NCBI RefSeq assembly: GCF_009914755.1
Contig: NC_060930.1
Length of the DNA: 64,000 nucleotides
Strand: one strand, 5' to 3'
Source: the human T2T-CHM13v2.0 reference genome, Homo sapiens
Shown in pieces: positions 1 through 16,555 of this stretch (its first letter is position 1; every line of letters starts with the position of its first letter). The translations under genes and the position numbers were made by a program. The notes under the pieces were generated by a model. It was not told where the DNA came from and did not search any database. It saw nothing but the letters and a program-made list of their open reading frames with translations.

Positions 1-232
1 GGTGACAGGTTTTTTTATATTGGTAGTTATAATTCTATAAATCATGTATGGGCATAAAGTTTTGTATGCAGCTCTGATCATTTATTGAAGGTGAAATCTT
101 AGAACTTGTATTGCTGGGACAAAGGGGAATACATACTTTGAAGATGTTTGATACATATTAGGAAAATATCCTCCTGAATGGCTATGTAATTCAAAATTCC
201 CACCAGTCTTGAATAGGAATGGTCTGTGGCTC

Positions 233-256
233 TTTTTTTTTTTTTTTTTTTTTTTT
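233..256. repeat. poly(T) tract
   Basis: Uninterrupted run of about 24 T. Confidence 0.9.
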
Positions 257-769
257 GTAGATGTTTCATCAGTGATCTTGGTGATGAAGTAACTTTAGAA
301 TTTGAAGTTATAATATAAATATAAAATACTTGATGGTTCAGAAAATTAGCGAGTTGATAGCAAATTAAAGTTCAATAAGGAAAAATTAGGGCAGGAGAAA
401 TAAATGATACAAATGGCCAAAATAATGTGTGGAGTAGCTGTTTCTACATGCATTGCCTGAGGGAAAATCCAAGGTCATATGTAATATGACTACATTTTTT
501 CACAGCCCCATGGGGAATGTTACTATGGTAAGAACTGCTCCCAAATAAAAAAGAATACAAGTAAGCTGTGCTGGAATTGATGCTGTGTTCTAAAAAGACT
601 GATTTTATACTTTAAACTATTAAGAATTAAGAGACACTACATACCTTCGTGGGAGATATTAAATGTTCATTTTCATTATTTACTCTAATTATTTGAGCAT
701 AAATTGAATTTAAAAAGGCTTTCTGAAAGTTACTGCTGATCTTTCCTCAGTGAAACAGAGAATATATTT

Positions 770-1495
770 AGGAAGCTGGGGTGTTTTCCAGTAGCAACAA
801 CCAGTTCTGATTCTCTGGGCACGAACTAGATTTTCAACAGTTCACCTCAATTCTGACACTAACTACCTGGAGTTAGCTTCAGACTTCACAGGTTTAAGGG
901 CTCAGTTCCATCAGACTGCACTCAGTTTAAATGCCAGTTGCAGGTACTGGGCCCGTAGGTTACTTGCACTCTGTCTGACTTATTCAGAGGTTCTCACAAC
1001 CCTTCTAGTCAGGCTTGATAACTTGCTAGAATAACTCACAGAACTCAGTAAGTCACTCTATTTATTACCAGTTTACTATAAAAAATACAGCACAGGAACA
1101 GCCAAATGGGAGAGATGCATAGGGCCATGTATGGGGGGATTGCACAGAGCTTCCACATCCTTTCTAGGTGTGCCACCTTCTTAGCATTCTGATGTGTTCA
1201 CCAACCTGAAAGCTCTCTGAATCCCATTGATTGGGGGTTTTATGGAGATTTCATCAAAAAAGCATGATCCATCATTAATTCAGTCTTCAGTCCCTCTCAT
1301 CTCCCTGGAGGCTTGGGGTGGGACTGAAAGTTCCAAGCTTTTAATTATGGTTTGGTCTTTCTGGCAACTAATTCCTATCCTGAAGCTTTCTAGGGGCCTG
1401 CCACAAGCTACCTCAGGAAATTCTAAGGGATTTAAGAGCTTTGTGTCAGGAACTGGGGACGAAGGCCAAATATATCTTTCTTATGATGCCATAGA
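770..1495. mobile_element. MER21-family solo LTR (MER21B/C-like), diverged
   Basis: Motifs recalled from MER21: 'aattctgacactaactacctggagttag...cagacttcacaggtttaagggctcagt', 'tgctagaataactcacagaactcag', 'gagctttgtgtcaggaactggggac'. Ends approximate. Confidence 0.7.
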
Positions 1496-4043
1496 AGTTC
1501 ATTTTTCTTCCATGAAATATTAGGGGAAACTGAATTATCTTTATTTTGCAAATGATACTTTGAGGATAGGAATGCTGTTCTACAATTAAGAAGGCATACA
1601 TTTATAAACACACACATTTACACACACAAACATGAGGAAGCAGTTTTAAAAACCTGGTTTTGTTTGGTTGTATGTTGTTGTTCTGTGTGTATTTTAAGTG
1701 TGATTTATATCCTGCAAGCCTGTGCTAAACCTCTTTATTAGCAATTATTTCTTTTCATTTGTAGTACAAATCTAAATGTTCAGACAAATGACCCTGACCT
1801 TGATATAGTTACAATCCATAAGAATTTTATAATTTGATCTTTCTTTCTGATAGCTGATATTCAGCATGATTTTAAGACTATTAACAAATCATATGCAACA
1901 ACTTAAAAATCAGAACATTTAGTTAATCAGGTTGCTTCAATCAATTAATTAAATATCTCTGCAGGATGACAGGGAATTTGCTGTGTTTTTATTATCCAGA
2001 GAACTTTGTCCTCTTGTGCTAATAAACTGTTTTTCTAGTTTTTTCTTTTAGCCTGGAATCCCACTGTTTATAATTGAATGTGAGATTCTTTTCTAACTGA
2101 AACAACTTTGAATAGGCACCTTTTAAAAAATCAGTATCATTATGTATTAGCAAACTTACTTCTTGAAGGAGGGTCTCAAAAACCATATGTCTGTCCTGTG
2201 CACATAGGGTGCTTTTCTGAGAGTAATGAGTGTCAGAGTCCACTGCTCCTATCGCTGATGACAGATGGAGGATGATCCAGGGAGTGAAATGGTTGTTGAG
2301 AAAGCTAAAATAAGTGGAGCTATAATTCTAATTAGTTTGTTCATCTTGACAGTATCTAGTCCTTAGTGTAGTCAACAGCTGTGAAAATACAAAGCTGTGT
2401 ACTTTGATTCTGGAAATCTAGTTTCTTTACATTTTTAATTATAATTGATATATGTTAATTGAATAAAATTAGAAAAATAACAAAGAAATGAAGATAAGAG
2501 GATAAAAATCACCAATAATTCTACAGTTATACTTTCTATTTACTTTTTTTATCTTCCCCATTTTTCTTGTAACTGGGGTCCTACTGTCCATATAATTTCA
2601 TGTCTTCATTTGTTGTACTTAACACTTTCTCAGGCTAATACAAAATTTCTAAAAATCTAATTTTTAATGGCTAAGTAATATTCATTTGTATAGTCATACT
2701 TTTATTAATTTAACTATTTGTCAGTCCATTTTCAATATTATCAATAATGCTGTGATGAACATATTTTATACAGATTTTTGTGTTCATTACTAATTATAAT
2801 AAAACAGCATTAAGCCATTTGTTAGATTGTACATTTTCAGTGCCAAATTACAGGATATCAGATAGTTAGTTACACATCGCTGTGGGTGGGAATAGACCTG
2901 AGAAAATTTTATATGTTGGTATATGAGTTGTTCTTTAAAGGGTGCACAGTCAGGGCTTGGGCAGCTATATAAGAAATTCAGGGCATCACGGCAGTGGAAA
3001 ATTTATGAGCAGAGATGTGTACAGGAGTACACTTGGGCTGTATCTGGTTGAGTGTGATCCAACCAATATGGAAGGATAGGCTGGGGAAATGGAAGGAAAT
3101 AAAGTTTGAAATGTAAGGTGAAGAATTTGAAAATGTGTTAGTAGGATAGGTGGGGCAACTGAAAGTCCTGAATATTCTGGGTCATCTTACTTTTCACTCT
3201 TCATCAAGCATTTTTATTTAGCACATTTTATGTGCACAACTCTCATGATAATCTAATAAAGCCTGGAGGAGGCCACAGGGTCTTATACTTGAGTAGGGAT
3301 GATATTAAAGCAGTGTATGCAGTGGTCTGTCATGTGGCCTCCATAAGTATGTTTATATTTTAAGACTGTGACACACTGTTGGTTTGGAAAAGTATGCTCA
3401 GAATGACGATTGGAAATCTTTGGAAGTGAAGAATCAGAGTAGACTCGCAACTTAAATGATGCAAATATTTAAAAGATTGTTCTCCATATAGATTGGAGGG
3501 GGCTGGTTAGAGGCAGAAATAGCAGGTAAAAGGTTCATTAAGGAATGCAAGATTTAACAGATGGGTTGGAGGAAAGGAAGGACTTAAATTTATAAATAGA
3601 TAATTTAATGGTTCTGGTTATTCAGTGGACTCATTTTCAAAATATAAAAGCCTCAGTCCTACTCAAAATTTGCTAAATCAGAATTTTGAGGGAGTATATT
3701 TTGAAAGCTCCCTCAGAGATTCTGATACGTTTCTCTGGTTAGAAACAACTAAATGAATTAATATGTGTTTTTTCCATCCCAAGAAGTTGTCAAATTGTCT
3801 AAACCTACTATTGAATCTTAATATATTTAATATGCATGTGTGTGTATTTTTCTTCTGCATAATTTTCTCATACTGTTTTCAGTCCCTGATTTTTTTTTCT
3901 GTTACTTGGTGCCAAGTCTTATTATAAACTTATTAATTAATGTTACTCTGCAAAATCAATTTTAAGCAAATGAAATGCACTGCACAAGTTAAAAAGAATT
4001 TCTATAACTTTTTTCTTATTAAATGATAGGGACAAAAGCCAGG

Positions 4044-4275
4044 ATGGATGTTCAAAAATGGTATTTGAGAACTTCAAAGCTGGCTCTGGCCTTGGCAATT
4101 ATCCGCTCAAAACCAGCAGACAAAAGCAGCAGAGAATACACAGAGCACCTTGCTATGTTGCTGTCTGAGGAGCAGTCAAAATGGAGATCAAAAGTTGAAA
4201 TCTTGGAAGCTGAAGTTATGCAATTACGTCAAAAACTTCTTGTGAGCAGGCTTTGTTCAGGATCCTTTAAGAGTG
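4044..4275 (+). CDS. MEI4: MEI4 (meiotic double-strand break formation protein), coding part of the first coding exon: 77 codons + 1 nt; exon 4030-4275
   Basis: Translation MDVQKWYLRTSKLALALAIIRSKP...RLCSGSFKSG matches the MEI4 N-terminus. Pyrimidine tract with acceptor tag| at 4027-4029, 14-nt 5'UTR portion, ATG at 4044, donor G|GTGAGT at 4276 (phase 1). No further MEI4 exon seen in the window. Confidence 0.93.
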
Positions 4276-5289
4276 GTGAGTATATAAAATTGCCTTTTGG
4301 TAGTATGTCATACTTGTTTTATTTCAGTTGCACAATTATTTAGAAATGTATTCCCAAAACATGAAAATTTTTAGTTTCCATGAAAGCTCGACATCTTCTA
4401 GCCTTATACATTTTTTTACTTCTGGTCATTCATTAAAATTTTATTGTCACTTTCCTACATTTGACTTTGGAATGAAGTTAGAGAATGAAAATAGTATAGA
4501 TGTGAAGGCAATAAGGTCTTTTAAAATCTCATTGTTCAACTTTATTATTTTACTATACATTTTATTTTGCTTTTATATTCAGTAGTTAATCTAGCAGTCC
4601 AATGTGAAATACCAGCTATCAGCCAGGCATGTGTGGGTGGTGAGGACTCCAAAACACATAAAAGGAGGTGCTGTCCTTGCTACTAAGTGTCTACCATTCT
4701 AGCAGAGAAAACAGGTGTATAAATAATTAACCTAGTTGTGATACATACTATAATAGAGACTGACAAAATACAGAGGAGGAAGTTATTCCTTCTGCCTAGT
4801 TTCTGGGAAGGCTTCTTACCTCTGGCCCTCAAAGTTCTGTCAGTGAAATGGTTACAGAACATCCAGTAAGATGCAGGAGCGTGTGCAAAGGCACTGGAGT
4901 GGAGAATACATATTGCATTCAGAATACTGCCATCATTACATTTAAGAGTGACCAGAACACTTGTAAGGCAAAGAAGCGATGGGGAAAAAGGTACAAGGTA
5001 CAGAGGGAAGTTGGGACCGGATTCAGAAGGGTCTTGAATGTCAACCTAAGGAATATTTTACTGTATTGCTTATCAGTAAGTTAGCCATGTAATTTATGGT
5101 TTCTACTAGGACCCTTGTGAGGGTGAAAGGAAGGGCCTATTAATAATTACACTGGGAACACAGGGGCAAACCTGGGTTTACTTGAGCAAACTAGAACGTG
5201 TGGTTACCCTATTAATCAGGAGCCACTGGGCTTTTTTGAAGCAGAAGATTGACACTCATGATTGGGAAACATAATTCTGGCAAGTTAGA

Positions 5290-5830
5290 AAAAAAAACAC
5301 ATAAATCAGGCAGTGTTATTTCTTTGCATAAAACTCTTCCCTGGCTTTTAATTAGGCTTCGCATTAGATTCAGGCTTCTGATAGTGGCCCAAAATGCTGT
5401 GGGTGATTTCACCTCTACTCACCTCTCCCACCTCATCTCATACACTCTCCCCATTATCAGCTAGGCCCTAGTCAACATGGCCTTCCTTCTAGCCCTTGAA
5501 ATCTCTTTATTGCCATGGTCCTTTCCTAGGTTCTTCTCTTTGACTCTTTGAGGCTGGTTTCTTCTCTTCCTTTGGTCTTATTTTAAGTGACACCTCCTCA
5601 GTGAGGTATTCCTTGACTCCTCTAGTGGACCCCCACTAGTTATTCCCCACACAAGCACCTCCTGTGTAGTATTTACTTATTTGTTTATTTACTTGGTTGC
5701 AGGTTTATCTCCTGAACTTGAGCTTATGTTCACTGAGGAGAGACCTTTGATTTTCTCAGGTCTCTTTACTTGTTGCCCAGCTCAAAGCCTGACACACAGA
5801 AGGTGATCAGCAAATACCTGTTCAATGAAA
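5290..5830 (+). mobile_element. L2 3' fragment (ancient LINE)
   Basis: Degenerate L2 3' motifs 'cacctcctcagtgagg..ttccttgac' and 'aaagcctgacaca...caaatacctgttcaatgaa'. Confidence 0.55.
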
Positions 5831-7470
5831 GAGGAACATAGAGGATGTTTTGGCTATAGAGGTGATTTGAGGCAGGGATACCAATTTTTAAAGCTTTGAC
5901 TAAAGCCTACATAAGGAATAGTGAGTTGAATTAGATCTGTGATAGTGAGAAATAAAAGGACAGACATGTAGGAATAAATTCAGAGTAGACACTTTAGACA
6001 TTTATGAATGGTTTCAGAGAGTGGTTAAGGGACATAGCAGTATTTAGGGTAATACCTAAATACCTAAATAAGGTTTCCCTCCTAGCCTACTGAATGGATT
6101 GTGATACTTTCAATTCAGATGGTGAACACAGAAATAAGCTAATAGGACAAAAGGTTGAGCCCAAGTTTCTCTGAGTGTAGGCTAATCCCTGGAATATGGA
6201 TTACCTAGAAGGAAGGTGGAAGTATGGTCAGAGAGGATGAGCATGCTAGAACTACAGACACAGACTTAGGATCTGTTGGATTTAAGGAATAGTGAAGTTA
6301 CTGCTGTAGATGAGACTCAAAGAGAATAGAGCCATGAGTGTAGGTGGGAAGCCTGCAGATTCCAATATTCCAGGGATGTCAGAGGAAGATGAGGCATTAT
6401 CACATTAAGAGCGTGCAGCAGGTGTAAGGTGCACATATATGCTGTGGGTAATAGGAGACTTTAGTTTTGGGAATTATCATGAAAACCCAGTAACTTAATA
6501 GATGTTACTAAAATCTTACTATTGCATGAGCAAAAATAGTATTACACAATTTACAGCCACATTTTAGTTTCTCTAGAGTCCTTTTTGATAATGGGCTCTT
6601 TGAGTATACCCAGTGAATGAATGGCAAACATAGTCAATTTTTCTTTATTTTTTCCTGTATAGTTATACAATTAATATAATGTCTCAAATGTTAAAATTTC
6701 CAGGAATCTTAAACTATGACTATCATAAGCAACCATGAAATCAAAACTCTTGTTTACTATCCAAGGGTCTATTCATAATACTGATAAAATGTGCATGTTA
6801 TTTTTTTGTAACATGAATGTGCCTAATAGGAGGAACCTAGGTGATAGCTTGTTTTTATGCTGAACACTTTCAGTTACAGTGCCTGTGAGAAAAATTTTCA
6901 AAAAATCATATAATTAAAGTCAGTTTTACTCACAGCAGGAGTTGCAGGTACAATGTTTCTGCACAGATGTATGGAAGTAATCTGGTTCTCTATCTGTTAC
7001 CTTAAACCTCAAAAATGAGGAATAAATGAATAGATTTAGATAAATGGAGTAACTGTTAAAGGGGAGAGAAAAAATATACAAAAGGGGAGCATACACTGAC
7101 AGGAAAATAAAGGAAGAACATGGCAGTTATGTAAGGATGACATGAAATAGTGATAATCCTTGCTCTAAGAAAACTCCATACCTGAAAATCAAAACTATAT
7201 TAAAGTGTATTTATATTATTACATATTTTTTCTAGAATTTTCAGTGTTGTTTTATATGTGCAACTGTCGTTGAGTGTGTAGAGACAGAAAGTACTCAATA
7301 AATGTTGAATTGAATGATTCTTGACAGATTGAGAGGATGGGGAATTCAGTTTACAGCATCAACTATTCATTGAAGCAACTGAGCAACCCAAAATTAAATA
7401 AAGCAAAGCCAAAATGGCAAAATAAACAAGGAAGAAAGTATGATATGCTTTTTCTTTCTTTCTTTTTTTT

Positions 7471-7603
7471 AAATGTGAATATCAGATAAACAATGAGTAA
7501 GGTTTTATTATAAACACATCTCATTCAATATAATCATGTTATGCTAAACATTATTTGTTGTCTATTTGAAATTCAAATGTAACTGGGTGCCTGGGCAGCC
7601 GCG
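7471..7603 (-). mobile_element. 3'-transduced non-L1 sequence resembling part of MER53 (palindromic hAT MITE)
   Basis: Lies between two A-rich tails inside the L1-A TSD pair. 'tgaatatcagataaacaa...ttgttgtctatttgaaattcaaatgtaactggg' resembles the MER53 palindrome. Minus-strand AATAAA at 7504-7509. Confidence 0.75.
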
Positions 7604-7854
7604 TTTCTTTTTCTTTTTATTATTTATTTATTTTAATTTTATTATTATTACACTTTAAGTTTTAGGGTACATGTGCACAATGTGCAGGTTAGTTACATAA
7701 GTATACATGTGTCATGTTGGTGTGCTGCACCCATTAACTCGTCATTTAGCATTAGGTATATCTCCTAATGCTATCCCTCCCCCTTCCCCCCACCCCACAA
7801 CAGACCCCGGAGTGTGATGTTCCCCTTCCTGTGTCCATGTGTTCTCATTGTTCA

Positions 7855-8874
<1,020 letters not shown>

Positions 8875-8877
8875 CTA

Positions 8878-9282
<405 letters not shown>

Positions 9283-9285
9283 CTA

Positions 9286-11239
<1,954 letters not shown>

Positions 11240-12528
11240 TTAAAGTCTCCCATTATTATTGTGTGGGAGACTAAGTCTCTTTGTAGGTCACTCAGGACTT
11301 GCTTTATGAATCTGGGTGCTCCTGTATTGGGTTCATATATATTTAGGATAGTTAGCTCTTCTTGTTGAATTGATCCCTTTGCCATTAGATAATGGTCTTC
11401 TTTGTGTCTTTTGATCTTTGTTGGTTTAAAGTCTGTTTTATCAGAGACTAGGATTGCAACCCCTGCCTTTTTTTGTTTTCCATTTCCTTGGTAGATCTTC
11501 CTCCATCCCTTTATTTTGAGCCCATGTGTGTCTCTGCATGTGAGATGAGTTTCCTGAATATAGCACACTGATGGGTCTTGACTTCTTTATCCAATTTGCC
11601 AGTCTGTGTCTTTTAATTGGAGCAGTTAGCCCATATACATTTAAAGTTAATATTGTTATGTGTGAATTTGATCCTGTCAGTATGATGTTCTCTGGTTATT
11701 TTGCTCGTTAGTTGATGCAGTTTCTTCCTAGCCTGGATGGTCTTTACATTTTGGCAGGTTTTTGCAGTGGCTGGTACCGGTTGTTCCTTTCTATGTTTAG
11801 TGCTTCCTTCAGGAGCTCTTTTAGGGCAGGCCTGGTGGTGACAAAATCTCTCAGCATTTGCTTGTCTGTAAAGGATTTTATTTCTCCTTTGCTTATGAAA
11901 CTTAGTTTGGCTGGATGTGAAATTCTGAGTTGAAAATTCTTTTCTTTAAGAATGTTGAATATTGGCCCCCACTCTCTTCTGGCTTATAGAGTTTCTGCTG
12001 AGAGATCCACTGGTAGTCTGATGGGTTTCCCCTTGTGGGTAACCATACCTTTCTCTCTGGCTGCCCTTAACATTTTTTCCTTCATTTCAACTTTGGTGAA
12101 TCTGACAATTATGTGTCTTGGAGTTGCTCTTCTCAAGGAGTATCTTTGTGACATTCTCTGTATTTCCTGAATCTGAACGTTGGCCTGCCTTGCTAGATTG
12201 GGGAAGTTCTCCTGGATAATATCCTGCAGAGTGTTTTCCAACTTGGTTCCATTCTCCCGGTCACTTTCAGGTACACCAATCAGACGTAGATTTGGTCTTT
12301 TCACATAGTCCCATATTTCTTGGAGGCTTTGTTCGTTTCTTTTTATTCTTTTTTCTCTAAACTTCCCTTCTCGCTTCATTTCATTCATTTCATCTTCCAT
12401 CACTGATACCCTTTCTTCCAGTTGATCGCATCGGCTCCTGAGGCTTCTGCATTCTTCACGTAGTTCTTGAGCCTTGGCCTTCAGCTCCATTAGCTCCTTT
12501 AAGGACTTCTCTGCACTGGTTATTCTAG

Positions 12529-12866
<338 letters not shown>

Positions 12867-15800
12867 CAAAGTTTCTATCTTCTTTGCCATTGGTTTGAAT
12901 TTCCTCCTCTAGCTCGGAGTGGTTTGATCGTCTGAAGCCTTCTTCTCTCAATTCGTCAAAGTCATTCTCTGTCCAGCTTTGTTCCATTGCTGGTGAGGAG
13001 CTGTGTTCCTTTGGAGGAGGAGAGGCACTCTGCTTTTTGGAGTTTCCAGGTTTTCTGCTGTGTTTTTTCCCCGTCTTTGTGGTTTTATCTACTTTTGGTC
13101 TTTGATGATGGTGACGTACAGATGGGTTTTTGGTGTGGATGTCGTTTCTGTCTGTTAGTTTTCCTTCTACCATTCAGGACCCTCAGCTGCAGGTCTGTTG
13201 GAGTTTGCTGGAGGTCCACTCCACATCCTGTTTACCTGGGTGTCAGCAGCAGTGGCTGCAGAACAGCGGTGGCTGTAGAACAGCGGATTTTGGTGACCCG
13301 CAAATGCTGCTGCCTGATCGCTCCTCTGGAAGTTTTGTCTCAGAGGCGTACCCGGCAGTGTGAGGTGTCAGTCTGCCCCTACTGTGGGGTGCCTCCCAGT
13401 TAGGCTTCTCGCGGGTCAGGGACCCACTTGAGGAGGCAGTCTGCCCGTTCTCAGATCTCCAGCTGCTGCTGGGAGAACCACTACTCTCTTCAAAGTTGTC
13501 AGCAGGGATATTTAAGTCTGCAGAGGCTACTGCTGTCTTTTTGTTTGTCTGTGCCCTGCCCCTAGAGGTGGAGCCTACCGGGGCAGGCAGGCCTCCTTGA
13601 GCTGTGGTGGGCTCCACCCAGTTTGAGCTTCCCAGCTGCTTTGTTTACCTAATCAAGCCTGGGCAGTGGCAGGTGCCCCTCCCCCAGCCTCACTGCCACC
13701 TTGTAGTTTGATCTGACACTGCTGTGCTAGCAATCAGGGAGACTCCGTGGGTGTAGGACCCTCCTAGCCATGTGTGGGATATAATCTCCTGGTGTGCCGT
13801 TTTTTAAGCCCGTTGGAAAAGCGCAGTATTTGGATGGGAGTGACCCGATTTTCCAGGTGCTGTCTATTACCCCTTTCTTTGACTAGGAAAGGGAACTCCC
13901 TGACCCCTTGCGCTTCACGAGTGAGGCAGTGCCTTGCCCTGCTTCGGCTCACGTACGGTGTGCTGCACCCACTGTCCTGCACTGACTGTCTGGCACTCCC
14001 TAGTGGGATGAACCTGGTACCTCAGATGGAAATGCAAAAATCACCTGTATTCTGTGTCGCTCACGCTGGGAGCTGTAGACCGGAGCTGTTCCTATTCGGC
14101 CATCTTGGCTCCACCCTGATATGCTTTTTCTACAGCATTTCAGGAACTCTGCTATTTCTTTATTCTTGTTTTTCTACAGCTTCTTAATGAATATACCTCT
14201 TTATTGTATTTAGTAGGGGACTAGACTATATAGGGGAGGGATAAAGAGAACTTGATTATATAATGTCACATTTTTATCTTACTTAAATGCGCTTTACTAA
14301 TTTATGGAATGAAAGAATGAAAAACAAAAGGAAAGTAGAAAGGAAGGAAGGAAGAAAAAGAAGTGTACATACCCAGTGACACATTTCTCAAAACCTTTTT
14401 TGTGATGTGTGGCAGGTATGGTTAATCATCTTCCTGATCTATGGAAGAGAACATACGAGTGAAAAGCTATGCTCTTTTTCTTTATAAAAGATTACTTACA
14501 TTTTATTTTATAGAATCTCTTTTTAAATTTATTTTTATTAATTTATTTTAAATTTCATAGACACTGCAACAGGCTCCTGTTAAAGAGGGACTCTTAATGT
14601 TGGCAAGGATTTAGTCTAGGTCTGAGAAGGTGGATGAGAAAGACTCACATCACAGAGACTAGCCAGGAAGATGTTAGTGGCTGTTTCTAAACTGGACTAG
14701 GGATTGAAGGGTTTATGGTGACAAGAGCAGGGCTTTGTTAATGGGAAAAATGGCATAGAATTTCCGTAGGCAGATTTAGGATTAAAATTTGAGTGTGTGT
14801 GCGGGTGGGGCAGGGGGAATCTGGACAGTTGCTATTATATTACACGGTCATTTGATATTCATAGGAGGGAAGTGGATGGATGAAGTGTCAGGTATGTGCC
14901 TTTTCGCCTGCAACTTTAAGTAGTTAATATATTCATAAATCATAGATAGTATTACACATCTATGTGTAATGTAATATACATAGATATATAAATATAACAA
15001 TATATTTATGAATATATTATGAATATATTCATAAATCATAGGCTACAGGATGAGCAATTGGTTATAGTAAAAAGGATGAGCAGTTGGCCAGAGTGAAAAG
15101 AAAGTAAGAAAAAATCAAACTAAATTAATTCATTGATGTACATGTTTATTTAGTAAATGTTTATTAATTACAGGGCACTTGTATAGAGTGCTTAGGGTAG
15201 TGGAGGTGGAGGGCAGTATGCAGAGCAGTGTAAGTAGTTAGGGTTGAACTGAGTTTTAAGTTTTGGGTCCCGAGAAACAACCAACCCAGCCAGATGACTT
15301 TGGGAGCTTCCTGATCCTCTAGCTCACATTGCTCAGGTTGGTCCCCTCACTCTTCTTTTCTGCCTTATAGCCTGAGGACTGAATTCTCACTGTTCCATTG
15401 CCTCCCCAGTTCTTGCTTTCTCATCTTGTATAAGCATGTATTCAGGAAACAGTTTTTAGCTAGACTAGTGGTGACAAGAGAACAGAACAGGGGCCTGACA
15501 GATCCAGAATGGAGCTTGCCTTAGTCTTCTGATGACTGTTTTCCTGGTCCCAGCCTGCTCCGCCTCTGTTTCACCTCTTTGTTCTTCTCACCCTGTTCCA
15601 GACGACGTACTGAGGAAACATTGCAAATAACTGACTTACCGACACAACTGTGGAGCTCAGCATTTATAAGTTGGGGCATTCACTGTTTTACAGATGCTGA
15701 AAGAGTGTGAAAATTCAATGCGTAAGCATTTCTCTCTCAGTTCCCGTATAAGCTTTCATAATATAAATTGTCTAATACAATAATGATGGAAGTTTGTTTA

Positions 15801-15999
15801 AAATTGTAGTTGATTTAAAACATACTTGAATAATACACATAAACATAAAAAGATGTATCCTTAATTTGATAGAGATTCTGAGAGGCTCTATAATAATTTC
15901 TTTCTGCATATCTCTGGAATCTCTGCATTTTTCTCCATTCCTGATGCCATTTCCTTGGTCATACTTAATTTATCCCAATGAGACTGGTATGTCTTTAAC

Positions 16000-16555
16000 T
16001 GTAGCCTTTGCCCCTTTCTAGTCTAAATTGCAGCCCAGTCTCAAGTCATCTTATTTAATTTCAGATATAACCCAAAGGCCTTAAACTGGACTACAGACTT
16101 TTCCAGAATTTGGTGCTTACTTATTTCTCCAGCCCAACCTGTCACCACCACGTCCTTCACATTCTGCACTGAGACATATCAAATTTCTTTCACTTATTTG
16201 AATGGACCTTGCTCAGCCCCAGTTTTTTATACATATTCTCTCTGTAGGGTATGTTCTCCCCCTCCTTTTGGTCTGGCTGTGTACTATTCTTTCTTTTGTC
16301 ATGCAGTTTCGATACCACTTTTGTCTTCACTAACTACCTCCCTAGACTAGATTAGGTTCTCCTGATGTGGGTCCCCATTATATTCTGTACTTTTTTATAT
16401 GTGAGCTAAATTATAATTGTTTAAGCAGTCTGTCTTCCTTGTGAGACCCAAACTCTATGCTTTCAGAGACTATTTTCATCCCACTGTATTTCTATAGTTA
16501 GCACAGTTCCTGTCATGGAGGGACATGTTCGGTGGTTATTTGGTGAATAAATAAG
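16000..16555 (+). mobile_element. L2 3' fragment
   Basis: Degenerate L2 3' end motifs ending 'gcacagttcctgtcat...atttggtgaataaataa'. Confidence 0.55.

Noticed and set aside
4023-4343. 106-aa single-exon ORF
   Set aside because: It runs through the acceptor at 4029 and the donor at 4276. Only 4044-4275 is MEI4 coding.
14925-15045. Repeated 'atattcataaatcatag' in an AT-rich stretch
   Set aside because: Low-complexity slippage product with no further structure.
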